Shown piece after piece: positions 43,681 through 53,551 of a stretch of DNA of 64,000 bases. Source of the DNA: Candidatus Thermoflexus tengchongensis (lineage in GTDB: Bacteria; Chloroflexota; Anaerolineae; Thermoflexales; Thermoflexaceae). Under the pieces are notes generated by a model. The model worked only from the letters and a program-made list of their open reading frames with translations. It had not been told where the DNA came from and made no database searches. The stretch's first letter is position 1. Every line of letters starts with the position of its first letter. The DNA lies in assembly GCA_016842085.1 (NCBI GenBank), contig JAEVEX010000034.1:26371-90370 (forward strand), written 5' to 3'. Position numbers and translations under genes: made by a program.

Positions 43681-44367
43681 GTGGATGCGATGCTCACCCT
43701 GGAAGCGCAACGCTGGATCACGCGCGGTCTTCCCTTTGGAATCGCCGTGCTGGCGGCCCTCATGTTGACACCGCTGGCCGGGGTGGTAGCCATGTCCCTG
43801 AATCCAGAGGAGGCCATCGCCTCCATGGAACGGATCACCGCTCCCATTTCCGCCCCCTCCCGCCCCTCGGAGGTTGGGGCACTGGCTCCTTTGTTTACCC
43901 CCGAGGTGCAGCGATGGTCGGCGCAGATCCTGGCCTGGGCTCAGGCTTACAACCTGGACCCCAATCTGATCGCCACGGTGATGCAGATCGAATCCTGTGG
44001 GGATCCGCTGGCCCGATCCTCCAGCGGGGCCATCGGGCTTTTCCAGGTGATGCCCTTCCATTTCGGAGCCCGGGAGGATCCGTGGGACCCAGAGACCAAT
44101 GCGCGCGCCGGGCTTTCGTATCTGGCGGAGGCGTTGCGCCAGGCGAAGGGCGATGTGGCCCAGGCCCTGGCCGGCTATAACGGGGGTCACACCGTCATCG
44201 GACGCCCGGAACGCTGGGGTGCGGAGACCCGACGCTATGTTTACTGGGGGGTCGGCATCTATGAGGATGCTCGCCGGGGAGCGGCCCAGAGCGCCCGGCT
44301 TCAGGAGTGGCTGGAGGCCGGAGGGCGCAGCCTGTGCGAGCAGGCGGCGCGACGGGTCATCCGATAG
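43681..44367 (+). CDS. Lytic transglycosylase (SLT domain)
   Basis: ATVMQIESCG, GAIGLFQVMP, ALAGYNGG; N-terminal TM. Confidence 0.9.
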   Translation: MDAMLTLEAQRWITRGLPFGIAVLAALMLTPLAGVVAMSLNPEEAIASMERITAPISAPSRPSEVGALAPLFTPEVQRWSAQILAWAQAYNLDPNLIATVMQIESCGDPLARSSSGAIGLFQVMPFHFGAREDPWDPETNARAGLSYLAEALRQAKGDVAQALAGYNGGHTVIGRPERWGAETRRYVYWGVGIYEDARRGAAQSARLQEWLEAGGRSLCEQAARRVIR

Positions 44368-44515
44368 GGAAGAGGGAAAAGCGTCCAGGCCCGCTTCTCC
44401 CCCCATCCCAGCCCACCCGTTGCCTGAATCCGACCCCCAAGATCCCATGTAGAACCCATCAGAATCCCGGGGATAAAAAACGGGGCAGCGCTGTATGCGC
44501 GGCCCCGTTCGCAGG

Positions 44516-44607
44516 CGGAGGGGGAGGGATTCGAACCCTCGAGGGAGGCTTTTCGCACCCCCCACCGCTTAGCAGGCGGTCCCGTTAGGCCACTCCGGCA
44601 CCCCTCC
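44516..44607 (-). tRNA. tRNA-Ser(GCT)
   Basis: GGAGGGG/CCCCTCC acceptor, ACCGC-CTGCTAA-GCGGT anticodon arm, long variable arm, GGTTCGAATCC; CCA not encoded. Confidence 0.95.
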
Positions 44608-44707
44608 ATAGAGAACAAATCGATCCGGGTGACCGGTCTCCCAGCCACCCGGATCACCCCTTTGCTTCCCCAGCGGCCCACTTCGGGCCACCGAAACCCC
44701 CATCAGG

Positions 44708-44798
44708 CGGAGGGAGGGGGATTTGAACCCCCGAGGAGGCTCTCAGGCCCCCTAGCGGTTTTCAAGACCGCCGCCTTCAGCCGCTCGGCCATCCCTCC
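44708..44798 (-). tRNA. tRNA-Ser(TGA)
   Basis: GGAGGGA/TCCCTCC acceptor, GCGGT-CTTGAAA-ACCGC anticodon arm, long variable arm, GGTTCAAATCC. Confidence 0.95.
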
Positions 44799-45057
44799 AT
44801 AAGCAATTATGCCCGGCCCCGCGTTCTCCGTCAAGCCAGATCACCGGGGATATATGGGATTTCTCCCGGAAGGCTTTCGGGGGCAGCCTGGCCCCCGGGC
44901 ATTTTTTCTCCTCTGGGGGAAGAGCCTTCCAACCTTCTCCCCTTGCGCCCACCCATAACCCATCGATCCAGGACAGCGCATAACACGCCACCTCCGCTCC
45001 GCGGTTTCTTCCAGAGGAGGTATAATGGGTTTTGACCTTTTCGCCAAGGATTTCTAA

Positions 45058-45771
45058 ATGATCCCGATCAGCGACAGCCCGCGAAGCCGGACGATCCCCC
45101 TCGTCAACTGGACGCTGATCCTGCTGAACGTCATGATCTTCCTATTCGAGCTCTCATTGCCTTCGCGGACCCTGGATCGGTTCCTGTTCACATGGGGGGC
45201 GGTGCCTGTTCGGATCTGGGGGGCTTTGCTGGGGCAGGCGGATCCCTTCTGGCTGGTCACCCTGATCACCAGCCAGTTCCTTCATGGCGGATGGACCCAT
45301 ATCCTGGGCAATATGCTCTACCTGTGGGTGTTCGGGGACAACGTGGAAGACCGCATGGGCCATCTGCGCTATCTGGTTTTCTATCTGCTGTGCGGGGTCA
45401 TCGCCGGCCTGATCCAGACCTTCGTCCTCTTCGGCTCCCGTGTCCCCCTGATCGGCGCCAGCGGGGCCATCGCGGGGGTACTGGGCGCTTACCTGGTGCT
45501 CTTCCCGGGCGCGCGGGTGACAGTGCTGGCCCCTTATTTCTTTTTCGGCCTGGGCTTCTTCGAAGTCCCGGCCGCCTTGCTGCTGGTCATGTGGTTCCTG
45601 CTTCAGTTCATCAACGGCATGGCAGCGATCACCACGGCAAGCCCATCGGTGGGAGGCATCGGCTGGTGGGCGCACATCGGCGGGTTCGTGGCCGGCTGGC
45701 TGCTGGTTCGCCTCTTCGCCCGCCGCCCCCCGCCTCGCCCGGCCTGGCCGCCGGACTGGTATGGGTGGTGA
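45058..45771 (+). CDS. Rhomboid intramembrane serine protease
   Basis: HGGWTHILGNM, GASGAI, WWAHIGG. Confidence 0.93.
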   Translation: MIPISDSPRSRTIPLVNWTLILLNVMIFLFELSLPSRTLDRFLFTWGAVPVRIWGALLGQADPFWLVTLITSQFLHGGWTHILGNMLYLWVFGDNVEDRMGHLRYLVFYLLCGVIAGLIQTFVLFGSRVPLIGASGAIAGVLGAYLVLFPGARVTVLAPYFFFGLGFFEVPAALLLVMWFLLQFINGMAAITTASPSVGGIGWWAHIGGFVAGWLLVRLFARRPPPRPAWPPDWYGW

Positions 45772-45981
45772 AGCGAATCGGTTGCGTTCCCCGGGGCCAA
45801 CGGCCTCACCAGTGGAAAGACGGGGAAGATCCCGGGATGGACAGGGCCGCCCCGGAGGAAAAGCTGAGCTAAAATCATAAAGCAATTCGGAAAATATAGA
45901 TTTGTTCGCATCTTTCGAAAAGCGTAGCGGGCCAGGAGGATCCCGCTCTCACAAACCCTCTGGTCGAGGTGAAGGGAACCG

Positions 45982-46680
45982 ATGATGAATGGGAAAGCGT
46001 TGATCCTGCTCATTGATGATGACGTGCTGTTACGGGATCTGTTGACGCGGGCCCTGATCCAGAGCGGCTACGAGGTGCTCGCGGCGGGCACCGGAAGCGA
46101 GGGGCTTTCCCTGTTCGACCTTCATAACCCGGATGTGGTGATCCTGGATGTGCTGCTTCCGGACATGGAGGGCTGGGAGGTTTGCCGGCGCATCCGGCGG
46201 GTTTCCACAGTGCCGATCCTTTTCCTGACCGCTCTGGAGGAGATCCCGGACCGGGTGCGGGGGCTGGTTCTGGGGGGGGATGATTATATCGTGAAGCCCT
46301 TCGCCGTTGAGGAGTTACTGGCGCGCGTGGAAGCGATCCTGCGGCGGGTGCGCCAGGCCCCCCCTGCGGCATCCCCGATCCTGGAGGTGGGGAATGGGGC
46401 CCTGGTCATCGACCGGGAGCGACGTCAGGTGCGATTCCAGGGCCACCCCCTCGATCTCTCCCCGATCGAGTATACCCTCCTGGTCTATCTGGCTGAACGG
46501 GCCGGGCGCGTGGTTTCCATCGACGAGCTGCTGACCGCGATCTGGGGAGGAACCCAGGAGGGATCCCTGCAGGCTCTCCGCTGGTATATCTGGAACCTCC
46601 GCCAGAAGATGGAAGCCAATCCCAAGCGTCCGCGCTGGATTCAGACGGTGCGTCGCTACGGCTACCGTCTGAACCCATGA
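45982..46680 (+). CDS. OmpR-family response regulator (no adjacent kinase)
   Basis: DDD, LDVLLP, FLTA, VKPF, IQTVRRYGY. Confidence 0.93.
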   Translation: MMNGKALILLIDDDVLLRDLLTRALIQSGYEVLAAGTGSEGLSLFDLHNPDVVILDVLLPDMEGWEVCRRIRRVSTVPILFLTALEEIPDRVRGLVLGGDDYIVKPFAVEELLARVEAILRRVRQAPPAASPILEVGNGALVIDRERRQVRFQGHPLDLSPIEYTLLVYLAERAGRVVSIDELLTAIWGGTQEGSLQALRWYIWNLRQKMEANPKRPRWIQTVRRYGYRLNP

Positions 46681-46707
46681 GCTTGGGGGAGGGATCCGGG
46701 ATACGGG

Positions 46708-46734
46708 GGGTGGGGCGCCCAGGGCGCCCCACCC
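46708..46734. terminator. 13-bp hairpin between convergent genes
   Basis: GGGTGGGGCGCCC-a-GGGCGCCCCACCC. Confidence 0.5.
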
Positions 46735-46889
46735 GGCACCCCCAGGCCCATCGTGGGAAAATCCAGCGGCGCCATTCCCGGGGAGAAGATAGGCCGTAAG
46801 TCTCCCGGACGAATTCAGGACATGAGCCGGGATCATTCCGGGACGGGTGCGCCTCCGGCGCGCCCACCCACCCCAGAAGCGGGCGAGCC

Positions 46890-48152
46890 TCACCCGCCTT
46901 CCTGTTCCCCCAGCAGGGGGAGCAGAATAGGATGGACATCGCACCAGGGCTCCCCATCGCTGTATTCCAGAAGGCTCAGATTCGCCAGGAACTCCCGGGT
47001 GCGTTCATTGTTGACAAAGGCCCGCGTGCGATGGTAGCGCAGCAGTTCCCCATAATCCTCTGGCCGCAAGGTCCCCCGATAGTCGTTCTGGAGCTGGACC
47101 ACGGCGCTGCGCATCTCGGGGAGGCCGATCCGATCCTGGCCGGCGGCGAGCCCGTGCAGGATCGCCGACTGGATCAGCTGAATCAGCGTCAGGGGGATCC
47201 CACCGCTCATCCGAACGGCCAGATCGATCGCCTCCGGATCGATGAGATAGGGCTCCACCCGGCGCTCCACGATCTCTCGCATCACCCGATATCCTTCCGG
47301 CCGCAGCCGCCCCTGGCGATCGTGGACCATCACATTGGGGACGATGAACCGCTCGCTGAAGTGGCTGCGGATCTGAAGGAACTCGCGGGCGTAGCGCAGG
47401 GCGATGGGGAACGTGAACAGGATATGCGCGCGCAGCTCCGCCAGCAGGGCGGCATGGTTCAGGAAAAGCCCCAGGGCCCGCTCGAAAGAGAGCTTATCCA
47501 GATCCTCCACCACCACCAGGACGGGCCGGCGGGCGTTGGAGCGGATTTCCTCGATCAGTCGGTTGGTCCGGGATACCAGCTCGAAGAGCCGCAACTCCGC
47601 CCGTTCCCGGACCATCCGCCGGGTGCTGCTCTCGGTTTTGACCCGCCCTTCGAGTTTCAGGGCCAGGAGGTTAAGGGCAGCCTCAGCGGAGGTCTCCCGC
47701 GAGGGGCTGACCATCTCCTCCTCTACGATCTCATGGGTCAGCCAGCGGTAAAGGTCCTCCAGCATCCCCACCCCCACCAGGCTCCGCTTGCGGCCCTTCA
47801 GAATGCGTTCATCGGTGGCCTGCTGGAGCAGGCGCAGGGCGATGGCCAGGATGAGATCCACATAGGTGAGGTCCGTGAGGTTCAGGATCTCCAGGACCGA
47901 AAAGTGCACGATGAAGAAGCGCCCCTTCAGGAGGCCCGTCAGGCGGTTGAGCTCGGTGCTCTTGCCGCTCCCCCGGTGGCCGGAGAAGAGCACCTTCACC
48001 GGCTCATCCATCGCCTCCAGGTAGGCCTTTAACTCCTGGGTGGGGACATCGGGGCGCTCCACGTAATACGCCGCCATGGCCCGCCCGGACAGGGGGACCC
48101 GGGGGTCAAAGAGATTCAATGCCTCTTTCAAGGTGCGTGCACGAACCGCCAT
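46890..48152 (-). CDS. P-loop ATPase (STAND/AAA-like)
   Basis: FSGHRGSGKSTELNRL Walker A, VVVEDLDK Walker B, SGGIP, LLEY...WCDVHP. Confidence 0.85.
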   Translation of the reverse strand: MAVRARTLKEALNLFDPRVPLSGRAMAAYYVERPDVPTQELKAYLEAMDEPVKVLFSGHRGSGKSTELNRLTGLLKGRFFIVHFSVLEILNLTDLTYVDLILAIALRLLQQATDERILKGRKRSLVGVGMLEDLYRWLTHEIVEEEMVSPSRETSAEAALNLLALKLEGRVKTESSTRRMVRERAELRLFELVSRTNRLIEEIRSNARRPVLVVVEDLDKLSFERALGLFLNHAALLAELRAHILFTFPIALRYAREFLQIRSHFSERFIVPNVMVHDRQGRLRPEGYRVMREIVERRVEPYLIDPEAIDLAVRMSGGIPLTLIQLIQSAILHGLAAGQDRIGLPEMRSAVVQLQNDYRGTLRPEDYGELLRYHRTRAFVNNERTREFLANLSLLEYSDGEPWCDVHPILLPLLGEQEGG

Positions 48153-48249
48153 AGGCCCTCCTGGAGGATTCATGCCCTTGCAAGCGGCCGAACGGGCGAT
48201 CTCGCCTTCCTGTGGCCCTCTGAGCCGCAGGAAGGCGGGGGAAGAACCG

Positions 48250-48777
48250 TTACTGGGCGAGGAAGATCTCCGTGCCGCAATAGGGGCAGCGGATCACCCC
48301 CTTCCCGGCCAGCTCCAGCGCCCCACCGCAGTTCGGGCACTTGCCGGCGTCCCGCAGGGCGGCGGCCTCCGCGGAATACAACAAACCCTCCGACCAGTTG
48401 ATGTATCCGGAGAAAAGCCCCATATGCACCAGATCGTAAATCCACGCCCGCACCTGATCCCGGGTCGCCCGCAGCTCCAGGGCGATATCGGACAGCGCGA
48501 CTTTCCCCCGCGCCTGGATCATCCCCAGCAGCCGACGCTGTTTCTCCGCCACCTCCGCCTCCTGGGCCTCCACTGCCCCTCGCCGCCACAGATAGAGCCC
48601 GGCAATGAGCAGGGGGGAGAACACCAGGAAGATGAGGAAAACCCCCAGCGCGAAGCCTCCCGGTGTCAGCTCCGCTCTGACCCGCTGGATGGCCAGGAAA
48701 CTGAAGAAGGCCACCACCAGGAAGAGGCTGACGCCGATGATGATGACCCCAAGGGTCTGCATCGTGCGTGGATGCAT
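48250..48777 (-). CDS. Membrane protein with PCI-like winged helix and C-terminal Zn ribbon
   Basis: 2 TM; VALSDIALEL...LVHMGLFSGYINWSEGLLY; CPNCG..CPYCG. Confidence 0.7.
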   Translation of the reverse strand: MHPRTMQTLGVIIIGVSLFLVVAFFSFLAIQRVRAELTPGGFALGVFLIFLVFSPLLIAGLYLWRRGAVEAQEAEVAEKQRRLLGMIQARGKVALSDIALELRATRDQVRAWIYDLVHMGLFSGYINWSEGLLYSAEAAALRDAGKCPNCGGALELAGKGVIRCPYCGTEIFLAQ

Positions 48778-48841
48778 GTGGCTTCCCCCTTTGGGTGAGA
48801 ATCGCTGGCGAATGGGCGGCTTTGTTGCCCGCCGCCACGGA

Positions 48842-50689
48842 TTAGCCGAACCCGCTCCGGCCCCCTCCGCCACCCCCGCCGCCGAAGCTCCCGCCGCCGC
48901 TCCAGCGCCCGCCGCCTCCCCGATCGGAAGGCGGACGGCTGATGAAAGCATCCGCAGCGGTGTTGAGCATACCCGTCAGGCTCTCCGCAAAGGCGTTCAA
49001 ACCTCCGGTCAGGGCACTCGCCGCCTCATCCAGCGAGGGAACCCCCAGCCCCCCCGGAGAGGGAGCAGGCGCGGCATGGCCCGGAACCCTCCCCGGTGCG
49101 CCCGGCGCGGAAGCCGGACGAGGATAGATCCACGGCCGATACCACGGCGGCGGTGGGAGATCGGGAGCCAGCTCCTGCCACTGTTGCAGGAACCGCCGCT
49201 CCATCCCGAAGGCGATCGCGTAGGGAAGATACGCCTCGAGCCGCGCCCGGGCCTCATCCGGGGCCATCTGCTGAAGCCGGCGCAATCCCCGGGCGAAGGC
49301 CCGCCAGCGGGCGGCCAGCTCCGCGCCTTTCCGGGTTTTCCGGGGCATATGGGGAGCGATCAGAAACCACGCGAGGGCGGTTCCCCCCAAACCCACGGCG
49401 ACCGCCCACATCCCCCAGAGCCCCTGGCCGCTCCAGTTCCCCGCGGCGATGCCCGCCAGAACCGCCAGGCCGCCGAAGGCAAAGGCCAGAAACTGATAGG
49501 CACCCCGCACCCGATCGGGGCGGCCGGCAAACCAGCCCGCCTGGGCGACCGCCCGATACAGCGCCGCCTCGATCTCCGGCAGGCGATGGGCGAAGCGATA
49601 GCGGAGCTCCCCCAGACGACGAACCGGGCTTCCGTTGAAAAGGGCGCGCAGCAAAACCACCTCAAAGGGCCGCAGATCCTTTTCCGGTCCGGTCCGCCGA
49701 AGGACGAAATCCCGGCGAAAGCCTTCGCGGATCTCCTCGATCGTCAGCACCCCCCGCCGGGCCAGATCCACCACCGTCGCCAGGATATCCCGCAGGTCCG
49801 CCCGCTCGTCCAGCAGCACGCCCACCATCGCCGGGGGATCCGCGGAAGGCGGCTCAGCGAGCGAATCCGGCACGACCCCGACATAAGGATCCCGCCCCCG
49901 CGCTGCCCACAGCGTTAGGGCCAGGGCCGGCCCGCCGATCAGCAGCAGCACCCCCAGGGCCAGCAGCCCCAGGTTATACAGGGGCAGGCGGTCCTCCTGA
50001 ACCTGCCAGGCCGGAGGCTCGGGGGGCAGGATGCCGTGGGGGAACTGGACACGGATCTCGAAGGACTCGTCCGGTTGAAGAGGACGCCGGATCTGGAAGC
50101 GAACGGTCCGCCCGCCTTCCCGGATCTCCCCATCGGCCGGGCCATAGGCGGCGATCCGCTGGGCCAGCGCGCCGGGGGGCAGAACCACCGTGACGGTGCT
50201 GCGGCGGATCTCATACGCATGTTCGGCGGGAAGCGGGTTCCACCATAGCTGATCCCCCTCTGGATATCGCCGGATCGCGCCCCGGACCTGATAGCGCAGA
50301 TGGAACGTCCGGACCGCGTTGGTGGTGGGCGGGAAAAACCACCGGACGGTGATCCTCTCCCGGCTTTCCTCCACCTCATAGGTGAACGGCTGGCCGGAAG
50401 GCTCGCGGCGATAGATGGCTTCATCATCTCGGAGGTCCAGGATCGTGATCCCCTCCGTGCGCTGGAGGGGGAGCTCCCGGAATCCCCGGCGGAACGTCCC
50501 GTTGAAGCGTATGGTTTGATGTTCCGTGACCTCCATCGTGCCATCCGGCCGCACCTGGATCTCCACATCAAAGCGCTCAGCGACGGCCCCGGAGGATTGA
50601 GCATGGAGCACCGGGGCGAAGCTTCCCCAGACGCTGAGCCCAAGCCCCAGCACAATGCCCCACCGGATCCACTTCCTGATGCGCTTCAT
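48842..50689 (-). CDS. DUF2207 membrane protein
   Basis: Signal peptide, DGTMEVTE, PPAMVGVL, ATVVDLARRG, YLPYAIAFG, Gly-rich SGGGSFGGGGGGGG tail. Confidence 0.88.
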   Translation of the reverse strand: MKRIRKWIRWGIVLGLGLSVWGSFAPVLHAQSSGAVAERFDVEIQVRPDGTMEVTEHQTIRFNGTFRRGFRELPLQRTEGITILDLRDDEAIYRREPSGQPFTYEVEESRERITVRWFFPPTTNAVRTFHLRYQVRGAIRRYPEGDQLWWNPLPAEHAYEIRRSTVTVVLPPGALAQRIAAYGPADGEIREGGRTVRFQIRRPLQPDESFEIRVQFPHGILPPEPPAWQVQEDRLPLYNLGLLALGVLLLIGGPALALTLWAARGRDPYVGVVPDSLAEPPSADPPAMVGVLLDERADLRDILATVVDLARRGVLTIEEIREGFRRDFVLRRTGPEKDLRPFEVVLLRALFNGSPVRRLGELRYRFAHRLPEIEAALYRAVAQAGWFAGRPDRVRGAYQFLAFAFGGLAVLAGIAAGNWSGQGLWGMWAVAVGLGGTALAWFLIAPHMPRKTRKGAELAARWRAFARGLRRLQQMAPDEARARLEAYLPYAIAFGMERRFLQQWQELAPDLPPPPWYRPWIYPRPASAPGAPGRVPGHAAPAPSPGGLGVPSLDEAASALTGGLNAFAESLTGMLNTAADAFISRPPSDRGGGGRWSGGGSFGGGGGGGGRSGFG

Positions 50690-51013
50690 TGGGGAATCCC
50701 CGCGCCAGAGTTCATCCGGACAGCGAAGAGAGAATCCTATGCCCGTGAATTCGAGCCTGACATGATACGTGGTTCCGGCTTGATTGTAACAGGAGTTGGG
50801 AATTCGGGGGCCCTTCCCTGGCCGTGCGATTTCTTCGCAGGTCAGATTCGGCATAGATGGCCCTTCGAGCGAGGACGAGAGCCAATTGGAGGAATTCCAT
50901 CCCCGCAGCCTGCCGCCGGAGGCGTGGTCAGAATGGGTGGGGACGCCGTGGGACAATCAATCGAACCGAGGTCCCCTATTGTCTTACCCTCACCCCCCAT
51001 TACAGGTGAGGGA

Positions 51014-51499
51014 TTATTCTCCTGCCCATCTCAGGGCCGTGGTGTACACGGCGTCGCTCAGGTAGAATCCGGCTTTGTGCCGCAGATCGTCCAGCAGCGG
51101 CCTCACGCTTTTCACAAGTCCTCTTGCCTTTGCTTCAAGCAGCACACCAACAACACCTACCACACGCAACCCCAGGCGTTGTGCTGTGTGGCGCCCTTCC
51201 CGTTCATCCAGCAGCACCAGGTCAGCCTGCAACTCCAGGGCCAGGGCAATGGCTTCTGCTTCACCCGGATCAAGGTGTTCACACAAGGCTGCCACGACGG
51301 TGGTATTCGCAACATCCATCGTGGTAATCCAATCTGCCCGGGCAACTTCCTCACATCCCGGCCACGCGCGGCCCAACGCGTTCAGTTCCTGCCAGACCGC
51401 GGTGGGAATGTAGAGGTGGCCGTAGAGGTCGCGCAACAGGTGAAACTTACCGATGGCCGCCAGATTAGTGAGTGGGGAGGTATCGCTGACGACTTTCAC
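51014..51499 (-). CDS. DUF3368 PIN-like predicted toxin
   Basis: VVSDTSPL, LDPGEAEAIALA, LLDEREGR, GVVGVLL, GFYLS. Confidence 0.88.
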   Translation of the reverse strand: MKVVSDTSPLTNLAAIGKFHLLRDLYGHLYIPTAVWQELNALGRAWPGCEEVARADWITTMDVANTTVVAALCEHLDPGEAEAIALALELQADLVLLDEREGRHTAQRLGLRVVGVVGVLLEAKARGLVKSVRPLLDDLRHKAGFYLSDAVYTTALRWAGE

Positions 51500-51753
51500 A
51501 GTCGACCTAACTCACGCAGTGTGGCGATGTCCTCTTCAAGGTCTTCCACATCATAATGGGGGGAAATCCCGCGCGCGGCCAGCAGGTGGCGGAACTCCCC
51601 CAGGGACATGCCCGCCAGCTCTCGCGCCTTTCCAATGGAGAGACGCCCCTCTTCGTAGAGATGCACGGCAATTTCCACCATCAGGTCCTCGGGCGTCAGT
51701 CGAGCTGAATCCAGGATATCCTGTGGGATGCGCAGCGTGGCGACCTTGTTCAT
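51496..51753 (-). CDS. UPF0175 predicted antitoxin
   Basis: LYEEGRLSIGKARELAGMS..F..LL..RGI..HY...DLEED; overlaps the toxin start. Confidence 0.88.
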   Translation of the reverse strand: MNKVATLRIPQDILDSARLTPEDLMVEIAVHLYEEGRLSIGKARELAGMSLGEFRHLLAARGISPHYDVEDLEEDIATLRELGRL

Positions 51754-52134
51754 GGCTTCCCTCACCTCACTTATCGGCTGAAACATCCCCTGACTTCCGG
51801 GAGTGTCCGCTCTGGCGGCATCCATCGCACATATTGAGCATACCCCTTGTAGCGGGACGGAGAAAACCCATTCCAGTATACCACGTGCGACGCGACCGGG
51901 AAAGTCCACTGACTCCCCTCCCCTGGGAACCAACCCCGGGGAACCAAAATCTCATCCCTTGGGGCTTCTGGGTTAGAATGGTGGGTGAGATAGAAATCGC
52001 CTGCCAGCTGCGTAACTCCCAATCCTAACCAGAAGAGGGCTGGCTTTCCCGCTTATCGCTCTAAAAACCGGGGAACACCCTCCTGGCACAAGCGGTTGAA
52101 TCCCCTATCACACCATGACCCGAAGGTGGCTCCC

Positions 52135-52680
52135 ATGCCGAAATCGTGGACGGCGGGGATTGTCTTGATGATGCTGATCGGGGGCGTCTGGCTGGTGGCG
52201 AGCCGGGTTCGCGAGGCCGGGCTCCCCACCTGGGAGGCCCCGCAGCCCGGCTATCGCGCCCCGAGCTTCTCCCTGCGCACCCTGGAGGGAGAAACGGTCT
52301 CCGTCGCGGATCTGCGGGGTCGGGCCGTGATCCTGAACTTCTGGGCCACCTGGTGCCCACCATGTCGGGCGGAGATGCCAGCCTTCCAGCGCCTCTACGC
52401 CCGTTACCGGGACCGGGGGCTGATCGTGCTGGGCGTCAACGCGACGTCCGGGGATGATCTGGCTACGGTGTTCGCTTTCCGACACCAGTATGGCCTGACC
52501 TTTCCGATCCTGCTGGATGAAGCCGGCCAGGTGCAGCAGCGCTACCGGGTCACCGCGCTTCCCACCACCTTCTTCATCGATCCGCAGGGGATGATCCGGG
52601 ATGTCGTGATCGGTGGCCCCTTAAGCGAAGCGGCGATCGAAGCCCGCCTTTCCCAACTCCTTCCATCTGGAACCCGGTGA
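52135..52680 (+). CDS. TlpA/ResA-like thiol-disulfide oxidoreductase
   Basis: LNFWATWCPPCRAEMP, LPTTFFID; N-terminal TM. Confidence 0.92.
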   Translation: MPKSWTAGIVLMMLIGGVWLVASRVREAGLPTWEAPQPGYRAPSFSLRTLEGETVSVADLRGRAVILNFWATWCPPCRAEMPAFQRLYARYRDRGLIVLGVNATSGDDLATVFAFRHQYGLTFPILLDEAGQVQQRYRVTALPTTFFIDPQGMIRDVVIGGPLSEAAIEARLSQLLPSGTR

Positions 52681-53417
52681 TGTTTCCGGTTCTCTCCCTG
52701 GGCCCCCTGGCCTTACCGGTTCGGCCGATCCTCCTCCTGCTGGGCCTGTGGCTCGGGCTGGCCCAGATTGAGCGGGAGGGCCGTCGGAAGGGAATGGGGG
52801 CGACCCTGGCCACCGATGCGTTATGGGGGCTGGCCATCGGATATGGGGTCGGCCGGATTACGGCATGGCTTCCTTACGGGATCCCCTCCCCCGGGGATCT
52901 GCTCTTCATGCTTCGTCCTCTGGACCCCTCCATCGCGCCCATTCCGGCTCTCCTGAGCGCCGCGGGGATAATCGCATGGCGCTGGCATCGCCATCGGATC
53001 CCATGGCGGACCGGGCTGGACGCCATGGTCCCGCTGATGTTCGCTCTGGTGATCGCATGGGCTCTGGGGGACTGGGCGGAGGGCCGTCGTTACGGGGAGC
53101 CCACCTCGATCCCGTTCCTGGCCCTCCTGGGCGGTGGGGAACGCCATCCGGTCCAGCTTTACGAAGCCGGGCTCGCGCTCCTGGCCTGGATCGTCTGGAA
53201 CCGGGGCCGTTCGACGCTGAAGGCCCCGGGGAGCGCTTTCCTGCTGGCGCTGATGCTTTACAGCGGGGTGCGCCTGATTGTTGAAGGCTTTCGGGCGGAG
53301 AATCTTGTGTGGATGGGATTCCGTGTGCCCCAGCTGCTGGCCTTCGCGGGCCTGCTGATCGGAGGGTGGGGGCTGGCCCAAACCGAGCGACCCTCATCTT
53401 CCATCCCAACCGGATAA
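52677..53417 (+). CDS. Lgt-like membrane protein
   Basis: RYGEP, HPVQLYE, YSGVRLIVEGFR; lacks an obvious SxHGG motif. Confidence 0.7.
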   Translation: MMFPVLSLGPLALPVRPILLLLGLWLGLAQIEREGRRKGMGATLATDALWGLAIGYGVGRITAWLPYGIPSPGDLLFMLRPLDPSIAPIPALLSAAGIIAWRWHRHRIPWRTGLDAMVPLMFALVIAWALGDWAEGRRYGEPTSIPFLALLGGGERHPVQLYEAGLALLAWIVWNRGRSTLKAPGSAFLLALMLYSGVRLIVEGFRAENLVWMGFRVPQLLAFAGLLIGGWGLAQTERPSSSIPTG

Positions 53418-53551
53418 AGCCGATACCGGCGTCGTTCGGCTCGAATGGGAGGATCTGAGAGGATTTTTCCCCTATCGTCCCCAGAAGGAAGAGCCCCCTG
53501 CGAACGGCTATCATCTTTATGAGCGCATTCCATCCCCATCGGAGGTGTCCG

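Noticed and set aside
44516-44798. tRNA-Ser genes as integration sites, and missing CCA
   Set aside because: No duplicated tRNA 3' end or integrase seen; non-encoded CCA is ordinary.
45982-46680. Orphan response regulator
   Set aside because: All key residues are intact and orphan regulators are commonplace.
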